Source: Octopus sinensis (lineage: Eukaryota). From it: a stretch of DNA of 64,000 nucleotides. Below, piece by piece: positions 26,053 through 39,973 of this stretch (position 1 is its first letter; each line of letters starts with the position of its first letter). The stretch is taken from positions 135,222,001-135,286,000 of the forward strand of contig NC_042998.1 of assembly GCF_006345805.1 (NCBI RefSeq). Reading direction: 5' to 3'. The position numbers and the translations under genes were made by a program. Below the pieces are notes generated by a model. It was given only the letters and a program-made list of their open reading frames with translations. It was not told where the DNA came from and did no database searches.

Positions 26053-27764
26053 GGGGAGAGAAACTGAGAGAGACTTGTGTCGTACTTTAGAAACACCGTT
26101 TATAAGTACAGGGTGTCAGATACACATAGAACAAGCAACAGTTCGCATACACATACAAATATATTCACGAAGAAGCTGTTATGTAGTCACTCACTCTTCT
26201 AGAAATAACAGCCAGATCATCCCCCAAATTAAACTTGTCCATTTTAAAAAGAAACGAGCACTTTAGATAGTGTAGTCCTAGACGCCTCCTAAGAAAATGG
26301 AGTCCCTTTCATAATAGATCTACTCGATTAAAATTGACCTGGCACTGAACATCCAAAATATCATACACATAAATATGCACGTACAAACCAACTTATAAAT
26401 TTATATTGTAACTATTCTGTACTAACACGTTACTGTCTTACCAACTGAATTTTGATGGAATCATGATGGTCATTTAAATATATGTGTATCTAACGTACAT
26501 AACACGGAGACATGGGAAACGTGCCTCACTGACGAGATCTATCAAGAACGAAACATCTCCGTTACTTACATGAGTTACTTTTAAATGAAAATTCATGCCT
26601 ATCTTTGTTGCCTTCATTTCCTAAAAATTCAAATTAGGTGCTAATGCTGGAGCAGTGGTGTAACTAGAGTGATGTCACCCGAGGCAGCACATCAGTTTGC
26701 TCCCACCACCTTTAAAAATGGAGACGTGTACCAACACTGCCTTGTGGCAGACTTTAACAATTGTGAAGATGTCTTCACATGAAACCATCGATTACCTTTT
26801 TACCTTTTTAACTCACAAATAAAATATATACATCAGTGTCTCTGATATAAAAGAATGTAAACTGGGCTCTGTCCGTCTAGATAGATAAATAGATAGATAA
26901 AGTGCCTCCCTAACTGAGAATTTAATCATAAAAGAGCAAAGAGGGAAGTCATATATCTATTTTATGCAATCAACAGGGAGAATGTGATGTACCCTCGAAA
27001 GAGAAATTACAGGGTCCCTAATTGATAAGTGGCAGGGTTTATGCTCCTTCGAAACGGGCAGAGTATATGGAAATGTTTGGCTGTTGATTAAAACAGAAGA
27101 TGGGGCGAGATGACAGGCTGGTTTCATGCGTTATGATTGTAATCGCAACCCTTTAACTGCTAGGTTACGTTCCTTCAAGAAAAGAAGTGGGGGTGGTGAA
27201 AATCTTATTGGGAAGGCACTTTACTGCCCACATTGGTTGGACTTCAAGGATCTCCGAAATAATAATTAAGAGTTTGAAGAAACTGGCGAAAATGCTAAAA
27301 CAGGGTATAACATACTCTGTTGGCCGAGGGCGAAGTAAAGGACGAACACCCAAATCATGAGACGAGAGAGTTTGGTAACACTAACATTCTATCAACAACT
27401 AATATCCCTGCTTCAGGGCATATGGGAAACTTCGTGATTCGATCCAACAAATGGGTTTAGGGGGAATTCGGAAGATTCGAAATACAGTTGGGAAAGTGCA
27501 AGGAATACCCAGAGTAAAAGATAATCAGAATCGTAAAGTAGACACCCCTATTGTCTCTCGAAGACGGTTACTCACCAGTTTACTGAGAGGTATCTTCGTT
27601 TGTCTCCTAATTAAGTTTTTACTTATCTGCTATGCTGTATAAAAATTTTGCCCCATCCACGGTTTATTGTGTAAGTACAGCACAAGTTTTTCCAACCTTT
27701 CTGTATAGGTTTAGACCCTTGTAGCCAATAAAGGAATTCTAGTTGTTATTATAAGGTGCCTCAA

Positions 27765-27935
27765 AGGCGGTGAGCGGGCGGAATCGTTAGCATGCCAGAC
27801 AAAATGCCTAGTGGTATTTCGTCCGTCTTCACGTTCTGAGTTCTAATTCCGCCGAAATCGACTTTGGCTCTCATCCTTTCAGGGTCGATATATTAAATAC
27901 CAGTGAAATACTGGGGTGGTGTAATCAACTAGTCG
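27765..27935 (+). mobile_element. SINE family B
   Basis: Head and core match. Confidence 0.85.
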
Positions 27936-28869
27936 CCGCCTCTTATCTACCTATGGTACTATATTCTTTCTTAACTACCTATGGGAACTATATTTTTACT
28001 GTTGTTTTATCATCGCCGTCTCTATTTCGGGCATCACCCCCGCCGCACATTTTAACTGCCGTTTCTATTTCTGGCGTCACCCCCGCCAGATGTTTCGTGT
28101 CTGAAACATTCAGAACATCAACAACAAACATGGAGTCTGACTCACTGCTGAGAAAATTAATATGAAGGGTTTGCATCTTCTGAGAGGAAAGAAGACAACC
28201 ATGACATCACCAACATAGCTACCACCGCCGTCACCATATAGTTATAACTACCATCGCCGCCGTCACATCCGTCGCCGTCGCCACCACTACCAACATCACT
28301 ACCCTTACTATAATCACCATCAATATCACTATTATCACAACCACCACAATCATTGCCTACAACATCACAATCATTTCCAACTACCACCACCACCACCACC
28401 ACCACCACCACCCCAATTAACAACAACAACAAAAAACAATTGCAATAACAGCAGCCGCAGCAATGCTTCCGTAAAGCATGAAAGCCAGCAAATATCCATA
28501 ACAGACGGAGCAGAACGCCCCACCAATATACATACAAAATCTAAACTGCCTTCCTAGTTCCTATTCAGTTGGGGAATTAATTACTCCACCGTTTCTATGT
28601 TCAAACTTACAGACAAAAAATTCGGTTCCACAGACTAAAAGCTAAATAAAAAATCAGTTAAAGGAATAAAACAAAAAACAAAACCCAAGCCATTCTAAAC
28701 TATTCTTAACATTAAATTTTCTCATTTCATATTTCTTTTTTGCTTTTGTAGACAATGAAACAAGACTAATCGTAGAACACTTAGTTGTTTAGTCATAAGT
28801 TAACTTTGATCAAGCAGATGTGAGTCTATATTGATCTCATCATGCGTCGATATCCTTTACTTTTAAGGT

Positions 28870-29335
28870 AATGATTGAATGATTTAGTAAATGATTGAGT
28901 GAATGCTTGATTGCATGAATGATTGATCGATTACATGTTTTATCGACTGAATGATTGATTTATAAAGGTTGAATAAATGTTTTATTGATTGAATGATCGA
29001 TTAGTTGCTTGAATGATTTAATAAATGCTTAAAACACTGAATGAATGAACAGTTGAGCTTTTTACTTTGAATGAATGTTTGAATGAATGGTGTTCGAATG
29101 AGCAATTGATTGAACGAATGATAGTCTGATTGAAATGGTTAAATGATTGTGAAGGATTTTTTGAATGATTGAATGAAGAAATGATCGAATGATTGAATGA
29201 CAAAATGATTCGACAAACGAACTATCAATTGATTAACTTAATGAATAAACAAAATGAATGATTGGTTGACTGAATGGATGGATAAATGACTGAATGATTG
29301 ACTTAATTTAATAATTGATTAGCTAATAATTAAAT
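28870..29335. repeat. Degenerate (TGAA/TGAT)n tetranucleotide tract
   Basis: Seen directly. Confidence 0.85.
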
Positions 29336-29336
29336 G

Positions 29337-29625
29337 GTGGAGGCGCAATGGCCCAGTGGTTAGGGCAACAGTCTCGCGGTTTCGATTCCCATACCGGGCG
29401 TTGTGTGTGTTTATTGAACGAAAGCACCTAAAAGCTCCACAAGGCTCCGGCAGGGGGTAGCTTTTGTACTCTTTCGCCCCAACTTTCTCTCACTCTCTCT
29501 TCCTGTTTCTTGATTATCGCTGCGATGGACTGGCGTCCTGTCCAGCCGGGGGGAACACATACGCCACAGAAACCGGGAAACCGGGCCCATGAACTTGGCT
29601 AGGATTGAAAATGGCGCATAAATAA
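29337..29625 (+). mobile_element. SINE family C (tRNA-derived head GTGGAGGCGCAATGGCCCAGTGGTTAGGG), alternative tail
   Basis: Head shared with 57941 and 62502; the 3' tail differs. Confidence 0.85.
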
Positions 29626-30319
29626 TAAAAAAGTTATTAAATGAAGGTGCGAAAGAATAAATGAATGAATTAGTTCAATTACTGAAGATTTATATTTTCG
29701 GTTGATCATCTCTAATATTGTTTAAATATTAGGATTATCTTGGCTATCTTCTAAGCGTCGAATCGTTGCTGTTACCGCTGTTGTTTAGTCGTATACAGTA
29801 AGCCTCTGATAAAATTTGTTCTAGCCGTGATCTTTGATCTTTTCAGGAATACTATCTATAGGCTTGCATTATCCTGTGTGTTCTTCCTACTTTAAAGACA
29901 CTAAAGTGTGACGTGAGGGAAATTGGCTTGCTATTTTTGAGCTTGTTGATCCACTGCATAGAATCTTCCTTGTTTGATCCTATATCAAGGTGTTATACAA
30001 ACTGGTGATTAGGTTCGGTTTCCAGGTGTTAAACGGATGAGATATATAAACTTCTCCCATTGGATTGAACATCAGTCCAACGAAGGCAACACTCCTAGGT
30101 AATTTGTTGCATATTCCTGAGAGCTAGGTTGAAAACAGAAAATTTGGTATAAAATGTGTCCATTTTGTAAGGCTCGGTCAGAGGAGGAAGGACACAAATT
30201 CCAGTGTCCCTTCTTTGCAAGCATACCAAGACTGGTTGGAGAAACCACAGCTCATGGACTCTTCTCAGACCGGGGACCTATTGTTGGCCTCGTATCAAAA
30301 TCAGAAACAATTATCAAAG

Positions 30320-30530
30320 GGTGGATGAATGGCAGAGTCGTTGGCACGTCGGACACATTGCTTTGTAGCATTTTGTCCGACACTTTATACTGAGTTCAAA
30401 TTCCGCTGAGGTTAACGTTTCCTTTCATCCTTTCGGTGTTGAAATAAGTACCGGTTGAGCATTGGAAATGATGTTATCGATTTCGCTTGCCCCTAAGATT
30501 ATTTCCATTGTGCCAAAATTAGAAAGAAAT
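30320..30530 (+). mobile_element. Diverged SINE family B
   Basis: CTGAGTTCAAATTCCGCTGAGG...CCTTTCATCCTTTCGG. Confidence 0.75.
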
Positions 30531-30686
30531 ATTGTTACAGAGGGCGGCGAACCGGTTGAAACGTGAGAGAGTATTAAAAAATTGTTTTACAATATTTGTT
30601 GAGGATCTTTACGTTCTGAGCTTGAAATCCCAACTGTTACCACCTCCAGCCCTAAAATAAATTGTTCTAATACTATAAAACGGATA

Positions 30687-30902
30687 CGAGGGGTTGCTGA
30701 AAAGTTCCTGGCTTTGGGTAAAAGAAAATACAGGAGGATCAGTTAATTATGATTTTATTCAACATATTACCCTCTCAGGTTCACACACTTATTGCAGCGG
30801 TTCTTCAGTTTTTCTAAGTCCTGTAAAAGAACTCGGAAAGTTGGACCCCCTACCAGGCCTTTCACGATACCCTTAAAGCCAGGAACATTTCAGCACCTCC
30901 GC
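30687..30902. mobile_element. Mariner-derived MITE
   Basis: TIRs CGAGGGGTTGCTGAAAAGTTCCTGGCTTT / AAAGCCAGGAACATTTCAGCACCTCCG, with TA at the left end. Confidence 0.8.
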
Positions 30903-31208
30903 ATATATTTCACACAGTAAAAGTATTTTAACTAGCTTCTCACATGAAGTAAGAAGGTCGCATCGAACCATTGGCATTTTGTCAACTAAGAGACCTGTTA
31001 GGTGTCTAAATTATCAAGCTGCTGAGTCAAATATTTCTTCTCGAGGTGGAAATATATTTAGCACAAATCTTGTAAAATTAAATTTACCTGTTACGCATAG
31101 AGCTATATTGATGACTGTTGCTAATCCGAATTCAAATTACTAAGACGGGAGACTAAATTTAAATCTTCGTTTTGATTTTCCCTGAGTCATTACACTATTT
31201 GTCATAGG

Positions 31209-31240
<32 letters not shown>

Positions 31241-31242
<2 letters not shown>

Positions 31243-31484
31243 TCACAATCAAGGAACGGCCATAATAGGCCATTCACCCACTAGAAATAACAGCCAAAGC
31301 TTCAACCGCAAAATAACATTAATTCCGTAAACCAGGAGAAAATTAAAAAACATTTACCCTGTAAAAACATTTACCCTGTAAATTTTCTCCTGGTTTACGG
31401 AATTAATGTTATTTTGCGGTTGAAGCTTTGGCTGTTATTTCTAGTGGGTGAATGGCCTATTATGGCCGTTCCTTGATTGTGATG
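31241..31484. repeat. Perfect 104-bp inverted repeat with 36-bp spacer, adjacent to (TA)n
   Basis: 31241-31344 is the reverse complement of 31381-31484; the spacer is AAAAACATTTACCCTGT repeated twice. Confidence 0.95.
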
Positions 31485-31577
31485 TTGAACTTAAAAATGG
31501 TCTATGACTATTTAATTTTTCCCACTAGGCCGCTGGTGGCAAAAAAATTCTGCAAAATTTTTTGCCACCCTATATTG

Positions 31578-31631
<54 letters not shown>

Positions 31632-31719
31632 TATATATATACAGTACATACGCCTATACATACACAGACAGATATATATACGTATATAGACACACATATG
31701 TATATCTATACATCTCTCC

Positions 31720-31769
<50 letters not shown>

Positions 31770-31849
31770 ACATACATACATACATACATACATACATACA
31801 TACATACATACATACATACATGCATGTGCATACATGTATATGTGTATGT

Positions 31850-32062
31850 GTGTGTGTTTGCGTGTGTCTGTTATTGTGCTTATCTCCCAAACACTTGACA
31901 ATCGATTTTTTGTTTTACGTCCCGTAACATAACGGTTCGGCAAAAGACGTTGATTGAATGAGTTCCTGACTTAAAACCATTAAGTACTGTGGTCAATTTG
32001 TTCGACTAAATCCTTCAGAGCGGTACTCCAGCATGGCCGCTGTCCAATAACTGAAAGAAGTA
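31850..32062 (+). mobile_element. SINE family A, 3' half
   Basis: Tail homology. Confidence 0.8.
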
Positions 32063-32184
32063 ATGAACTCTCGTCAGATCCCGAAGTGATCGTAGACGAA
32101 CAGGAAATAATGTGTTTTGCTCAAGAACACAATGCATCACCCTAACGACTAGGTCACGTGCTCTCACCCCCCACACCACGGAAA

Positions 32185-32940
32185 GGGTGTATTCGAACTA
32201 AGTTTGACGATTTTGATTCCAGCTTGATGTATTGGTGAACAGTCAACGGCATTGATTGGAGAGCATAAAGATTAAAGTCGTAGTTAAGAAAGTCGTATTA
32301 GATGGCATGGAGAATTGGAAGCCATCTGAATATTGGAAAAGAGAGTTACCTGCATCGTGATGGTTCGCACCGGGTGTCAAAATGCCGAAACATGACTACT
32401 GCTCAGTGCTCCTTGAACACTGTTACGGCTGTAAGACATGACATGGACAACTGCAACAGAGACTACGAATCCGTGGCAAGCAGAGAAGGATACAGCAGGC
32501 GTTCTCACCGTGTCCCCATGGACAGAGTATCAGGATCAATTTAGACGGTTATGTGAAGCTGCTGAAGACTGTAGTCAAACCCTGGATGGATGTGTGGCAG
32601 CAGGATTTAACTCATATGTGTGGCAGCAGGATTTAACTCTTTGCCATACCTCCGGAAGTAATCAGAAGTAGTTATTGGAGAATTTCTACGACTTTACCAG
32701 CCTCAATTCTAGCCGCCTAATTAATGCGATTGTAATGCCATTGATTACCTATGTAAGGGGCGTTGTTGAGAAAGATATTAATCGTTTTACCTGCCACACC
32801 AAGTTCGAGCTAGTGGACAAGATCAATGAGGTTTTCGAAGATCTTTCCAGGGTCACAGTGAGTAATGCTACAACAGGTCCCGGAGCCGTCTTGACGCCGT
32901 GGTGGTCACTTTGAGTAGATTGTTATCTCTCAAACATAAT
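32185..32940 (+). mobile_element. Internally deleted maT (DD37D) transposon
   Basis: YVWQQDLTLCHTSG...ENFYDFTS...VVEKDINR; left TIR GGGTGT..TCGAACTAAGTTTGAC; homologous to 52823-53692. Confidence 0.8.
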
Positions 32941-32957
32941 GTAGTTTGTATATATAT

Positions 32958-33431
<474 letters not shown>

Positions 33432-34125
33432 AGCGCATTCTATCGAACAATGCGAAACACAAATGGAAAACAAAACAAACAACATAAAGAACGATCTTTC
33501 ATCAGTTGTTGGGTGTTTTTCTAGTCTCGTATTTCGAGCATTTAACAATATACGCTTTCGATAAAACAGTTGCTCCCGCAAAGAAAATCTAATAAAATTT
33601 GGCATTTTGCGGAGGGTCAAAATAGGTAACACAAACAGGACAGTGAAAACAAACAGGAAGGGCTGGTAAGCCTAAACGAAATGAGATAGTGAACGCGAAG
33701 AAGCAAGCTTGGACAGGAGACAGACAATAATACGTCTGATTCTTCCAGCTGTATCAAGAGGAAAAAAAGAAACACAAGTTAGGGAAAGAAAGAAAGATGG
33801 CCGATGATCGCGTGGGAGCCACGAGAGGACAAAGGAGGGAGAGTAAGGGAGAGAGAGTGACAGAGAGAGAATGGCGAAGGGGAGAGAAAGAAAATTAGAG
33901 AAAGGATAAGAGAGAAGAAACGAGAGGGGGAGAAGAGGAGATAAAAAGAATTAGAGTGAAGAAGAGAGAAAACGAAAGAGTGATAGAATAATGGACAAAT
34001 AGAAGAGAGAAATCGAAAGAGTAACAGAACAATAGAATAGAATTGAAAGTGTCGCATCAGAATTATTGAGATAAAACTTATTTGGAAATGGATGCGTGGT
34101 GTTCAATCATATAATAATACAAATA
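33432..34125 (-). mobile_element. Non-coding Penelope-associated (pLTR-like) element with structured RNA region; partial second unit at 34190-34400
   Basis: Same layout as 44565-45870: purine/pyrimidine tract, hairpin, GAAA...CTGATGA module; adjoins (TA)n. Confidence 0.6.
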
Positions 34126-34136
34126 ATGTATATATA

Positions 34137-34201
<65 letters not shown>

Positions 34202-34400
34202 CGTATATGTACATACTTACATATATACGTATATACATATGCATATGTAGGCACAGGACGTCACAGAACGTAAACGACAAAAAATACGAAAATAGGGAGT
34301 ACGAAATACGAATACATGGAATATGAACTTATTTTGCGAACAACGAAGGAAACAAATGGAAAACAAGACACTCAATATAAAGAATGACCATCATCGGTGT

Positions 34401-34455
<55 letters not shown>

Positions 34456-34456
<1 letters not shown>

Positions 34457-34599
34457 AATTAGAGATAAAACCACTATTAGGCAAATCAAACAGTGAAAAA
34501 ATATAAACCAAAACATAGAAATAAAATTAATTAATAATTTCTGTTTTGGTTTATGTTTTCACTGTTTGATTTGCCTAATAGTGGTTTTATCTCTAATTT
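34456..34599. repeat. Foldback (hairpin) element flanked by (TA)n on both sides
   Basis: AAATTAGAGATAAAACCACTATTAGGCAAATCAAACAGTGAAAA followed by its reverse complement. Confidence 0.9.
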
Positions 34600-34789
34600 A
34601 ATATATATATATATTTATACTGTAAAATTAGATTTAATCCTAAATCTAATTTTCCCTGTAAGTTTGGATTTACTCCCAAACTATATTTACTCCCAAATAT
34701 ACTCCAGGTATATTTATGTGTGTATATATATATGCATATATACATATATTTATGTGTATATATGTTTATATACGTATATACGTATATAT

Positions 34790-35550
34790 ATTTTGGAAAA
34801 CTTGGAGAGTGGTTACATGGCTTTCTATCAGACGGAAGCCAGGGTCTGGTATCCGACAGGGTACTGTCTTTATGGGTCATTACTATTGATAGTGAATCTC
34901 TCGGACATACTGCAGCTGCTCATCCCTGCTAGCTGTTTATGGAGATGATGCAAAAGTCTCTCAGGTGATACAGATCCCTGGTGATGTTGGATGCAATATA
35001 CAGGTAGGCTGAGGTCAATAACATACAGTTTAATGCTGGAAAATATGAAGCCTTGCGCTACTAACGCACGAAGCTCAATGAAAGGCTGACGGGATACAAT
35101 GTCCCAGGAGGGACTGCAGTCTCTGAATCAAAATCAGTGCGCGGCCTGGGCATTGACATGAGTTGCCGGGCGAAATGCGTAGCCGTATTTCGTCTGTCGT
35201 TACGTTCTGAGTTCAAATTCCGCCGTGGTCGACTTTGCCTTTCATCCTTTCGGGGTCGATAAATTAAGTACCAGTTACGCACTGGGGTCGATGTAATCGA
35301 CTAAATCCCTTTGTCTGTCCTTGTTTGTTTCCTCTGTGTTTGGCCCCTTGTGGGTAGTAAAGAAATATATAATGCATCTTTTCTGGTATATTTTACTAAG
35401 TTGGCAAGAGACCTACTTGGGGTGGATGTAGGTATCTTCAAAACAAAACTGGATTTCCTCCTCTCAAGAGTTCTGGAGGAAAGCAACATCAAACTCCCTC
35501 GCTCATCGAATGCATCATATCAGAGGAGAATTCATGTAGTGAAAGTGTAG
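34790..35550 (+). mobile_element. CR1-clade LINE remnant interrupted by a family B SINE (35165-35367)
   Basis: GKLGEWLHGFLSDGSQ, QFNAGKYEAL, SVRGLGIDMS, DLLGVDVGIFKTKLDFLL. Confidence 0.75.
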
Positions 35551-35829
35551 CAAAGCTAAAAACACAACCGCAATGAAGTATATATGTATATTTTTCAAAT
35601 CCTAATGAACACTTATAGAAAATCGAATAATAATCCTTGTGAAGGAAGAAGAGCCTACAATTTTCTTATAATTACATTACAATTACAGTAACGAATATTT
35701 CTGAAAATGCCAGTTTCACACAAATTTTTAGACACAGGACTGAACTATAACGATAATTAATCTTAAGTAATAAGCAGTTAGACTCTGTGGGGGTAGAGTT
35801 CTCAGACACCTTGTCCATAGGGTCCTATA

Positions 35830-36200
35830 AGAAATAACCGTTGTTGCTTTTTCTGGCTGCATTCCCAAACGTAACTAACTGAAACTATGGATATTGTCCA
35901 ACGATCTCACTCGTGGTCTACCCTTAAGTCTCCTGCCAGTTGGTTAGGTTTGAAGAAGCCATCATGTTAACCTTTCCTGCGATATTTTAACTACCTGTCC
36001 GTAGTACCAAAGCTGTGACATGCCAATTTGGAGAAGTGGCGGCTCGATCTGGAGAGAGTCTTTGACCTCTGAGCTATACACCATCTCGAGTAACGTTGCT
36101 CCACAGATCCTTTGGAGAAATCCCATTTTCGCTGTTTGTATTTGGTCGTTAACCCAACATTTACGACCGTAGGTAAAAATAGGCACGGAAACAGAATTTT
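35830..36200 (-). mobile_element. RTE-clade LINE 3' remnant
   Basis: VPIFTYG..CW...IQTAKMGFLQRICG...LQIEP.LLQI..SQLWYYGQV. Confidence 0.8.
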
Positions 36201-36240
36201 TCCATGAGCCTAAAATTTCTCTGATTATTTCAAAAGTATA

Positions 36241-36324
36241 TTTCATATTTCAGTTTACCCACCTGCCTATTTCATATTTCAGTTTACCCACCTGCCTATT
36301 TCATATTTCAGTTTACCCACCTGT
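36241..36324. repeat. 29-bp tandem repeat, 3 units
   Basis: TTTCATATTTCAGTTTACCCACCTGCCTA repeated. Confidence 0.95.
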
Positions 36325-36875
36325 CTTCCAAAAATGACGTTGCTATAGACTATGAATTAATTTATTTCTTATGGTAAAAGATAGTAATTGTCTCACAAGT
36401 TTTTCCGAGAAAAGTGCTACAGGTTATTTCATACAACTACTATTTTGGTCAGAATTACTGTAGTTTCAAATAGATCATCAACTGTCTGCTAATCGAGACT
36501 GCATCAAGCTGAACGGATCAGGTAACATTAAGATAATAAATAGCTAACACCTAAGCAATTATAATAAAAAATAATAATAACAAAACAAGCTTCCATGTTT
36601 TAAAATAAAATATGACATAGCTACGATTTTTTCCGCATTAAATACGTTCTATACGATTTTTGGCGTTTTTCATCTATTTATAAAATAGCCTGGTTTCTAA
36701 CTGTAATTATTATTTATTATATACTTTTTCGTATTTCAGAAGCATGCAAATATAACATAACGTAAACATTCCTGCCGAGCCGAACTATTTCTTCATCACA
36801 GCATATTATAATAAAATAGTTTTTTTTTTTTTTATATTTGGAGTTGTGTCAGTTTTCAAATACTGCGAAGAGTTT

Positions 36876-36996
<121 letters not shown>

Positions 36997-37121
36997 GTGT
37001 GTGTGTATTTAATCTACACACGCGCACATCTATATATGCGAGTGTGTGTTTATGTATTTACACACAGACGCGCGCGCGCACACACACACACACTCTCTCT
37101 CTCTCTCATTCGCAAAGACAA

Positions 37122-37208
<87 letters not shown>

Positions 37209-39139
37209 GCATACATTTTAAAATTATTTATTTGGAAGAGGCAAACTGGCACCCGTGACCTATACAGGTCAACCATATTGCGAAGGATGAGTGTTCAGGC
37301 TGAGGTTTTGTAGGTTAACACCTGCAGGAATAAGCATACATTGTTTTTATTTATTCATTTATTTGTTTTTGATACAGAGAATTATAGTTCTGGGATGGGG
37401 AAAAATTGATTAGTGCTGGATCTTGAAATACTTGTGTGGGAATGTCGAGGGAAAGAGAGACGGATGTGTCGGCTGGCTTGGTGGAGGGAAATGGTACGCA
37501 GACTTAATTCTCTTACTGAATGGCTTAGTCAGAGGAAGAAGAACCTTCCCCCATGATTTTCTTGTAGGGTCTCTGACAGAAATGGGAGGGAAAGAGCGGA
37601 TCTCATGTGTTATCTTCAGAATAGTGATATGGTCTGAATGCTTGCAGTAGAATAGTTTCTGCTAAAGATATCTGTGGACCTGATAGTAACAGTGATGGTG
37701 GTGAAAATGGTGGTGGTAGTGGAAGTGTTAGTGTTGGTGATGGGTGGTGAAATGGCAGTGGTAGTGATAGTGGTGGTGGTGGTGGATTAATTCTATCATC
37801 CCAGCGCAAGTGTACACCATCCGACGAGACCCAAGTATCTCTTCACATAATTCCACTCAAAATGCTTGAGTAGACCAGAGTTTGTAGTAGAAATTACTTG
37901 CCCAAAGTGTTACACAATGGGACCAAAACGGTAGCCATGGAATTGCAAAACAAATGTCTTAACCAAACGGCTGTGTAGTGGAAGCGCACAACTGTGGAGT
38001 AGACATAAAACTGAGTAATAGAGTCATAGAGCTGTGTAGTGTGCGCAGTAGAGAAAGTCGTAACAGAGATATCGGGTCACTATGTATGATGTTGGCGGGG
38101 AAATCTTTTATGTTTTTTTGTTTTTTTTCGCATGTGGACTTGAATATATGTATATGTAGCAGCAAGGAATTCTGCAAAGCAGATTTTACTTATGCGATGT
38201 TTGAGGCCAGCAACTGACGAGAGAATATTTTCTGGCTCTGAAGAATAATTCTAGTGTTTGTGATTTTAGCAATGCTGTATATGCATGGGTTCTCGATGAG
38301 AAATCATAAGATTTTGTGACGCAAAACATTAGTGACAACTCTGAATCAATTGTTATAGGTAAAAAATAACCTAAACAGAATTGATCCTAGTATGTTACTG
38401 GAGTTTATTTTTAAAATCTTGAAGGGGTGAAAAACAAAGCCGATCCCTGTGGTTTATAAACTCAAAATAATGAAACTTCTTGGCAAGTGTCTTCTTCCAT
38501 AGCTTCGAGTTCACCATTCCACTGTGAATGAAATTTGGTAGAGAGAACCTGTGTGGAAACTTGGCAGTGTGACTGTCTTCACCTAGAGTGTCTTTTTCGT
38601 AGCCTGCTCTGTTGCATGTACACTGACCAACTTTTTATTTGGAGGTAACAACTTACTCCCACTAGCCACCGATCCCATGAAAATGGTCATGGACGCTGTC
38701 TTTCCTTTTCTGTTTAAGTCTTGTTTAAGCATTCACTCTGTCGATAGAATAGCTCAATTCTTCACAAATTTCTTGAAACTAAGCGCGATCCATGTAATAT
38801 TGTCCTGTTTAAAGTTTATTATTTCACCTAATATATCTCCAATTACTTTTCTGTTTACAAAGAAAATAAGTTGTTCTTTTATCGCCTTAGTCTTTACAGC
38901 AAAAACCTTCAAATAGCCGTAGAGTTATCTACTCTATACATGTTTTAGGTATTTAAAAATTTTCAATTCTTTTTAAAACAGTTGCAAAGATTATTTTAAA
39001 GTTCTTCCATGATAAATAGTACCAAATAAATTTTATACCACAGTAAGTTATCTCACAAATAATCAAGATTTTAACAATTTAATCTACAGACACATCCCCA
39101 CAAAACATCAGGTTTATTGCACAGAAACACTTATTTAGA

Positions 39140-39495
39140 GTGGTGGATTGGCTGAATCGTTTGAACGCCGGACAAAAATTGCGTTTATGTTTTGAGTTCA
39201 AATCCCGACGAGGTCAACTTTGTCTTCCATCGACTGAGCCTTCTCCTCCCCAATTTGGAACTGTCAGAAACAATTGGTAAGGCTGCGAGCTGGCAGAATC
39301 ATAACTGCGCCGGAGAAATTGAATAGTAGTATCTTTTCCGGCTCTTTACGTTCTGAGTTCAAATGCTACCGAGACCACCTTTGCCTTTCATTCTTTTGCT
39401 GTCGATAAAATAAGTACCACTTGAGCTCTGGTAGTTAATGTAATCGACTAAACTCTCTCCCTAAAATTGTTGGCATAGTACCAAAATTAGAAAGA

Positions 39496-39561
<66 letters not shown>

Positions 39562-39856
39562 TCTGGCAGAATAGTTAGCATACTGGGCGAAATGCTTAGC
39601 GGCATTTCGTCCGTCTTTACGTTCTGAGTTCAAATTCCGTCGAAGTCGACTTTGCCTTTCATCCTTCCGGGGTCGATAAATTAAGTACTAGTTGAACACT
39701 GGGTCAATGTAATCGACTAGTTCCCTCCCCACAAATGGCTGCCCTTGTGGCAAAATTATTATTATTGTTATTTATTTCTTTATTGCCCACAAGGGGCTAA
39801 ACACAGAGAGGACAAACAAGGACAGACAAACGGAATAAGTCGATTATATCGACCCC
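39140..39856 (+). mobile_element. Cluster of family B SINEs (39140-39230, 39280-39490, 39563-39755, plus a minus-strand tail at 39775-39856)
   Basis: Repeated head and core motifs separated by (TTA)n. Confidence 0.8.

Positions 39857-39973
<117 letters not shown>

Noticed and set aside
27110-27165. Minus-strand hairpin followed by GAAACC as a hammerhead
   Set aside because: The CUGANGA core is essentially absent; too degenerate to support.
38680-39050. Possible Penelope endonuclease remnant (minus strand); likewise a possible Tx1 endonuclease remnant at 58550-58800
   Set aside because: Resemblance too weak to call without a profile search.
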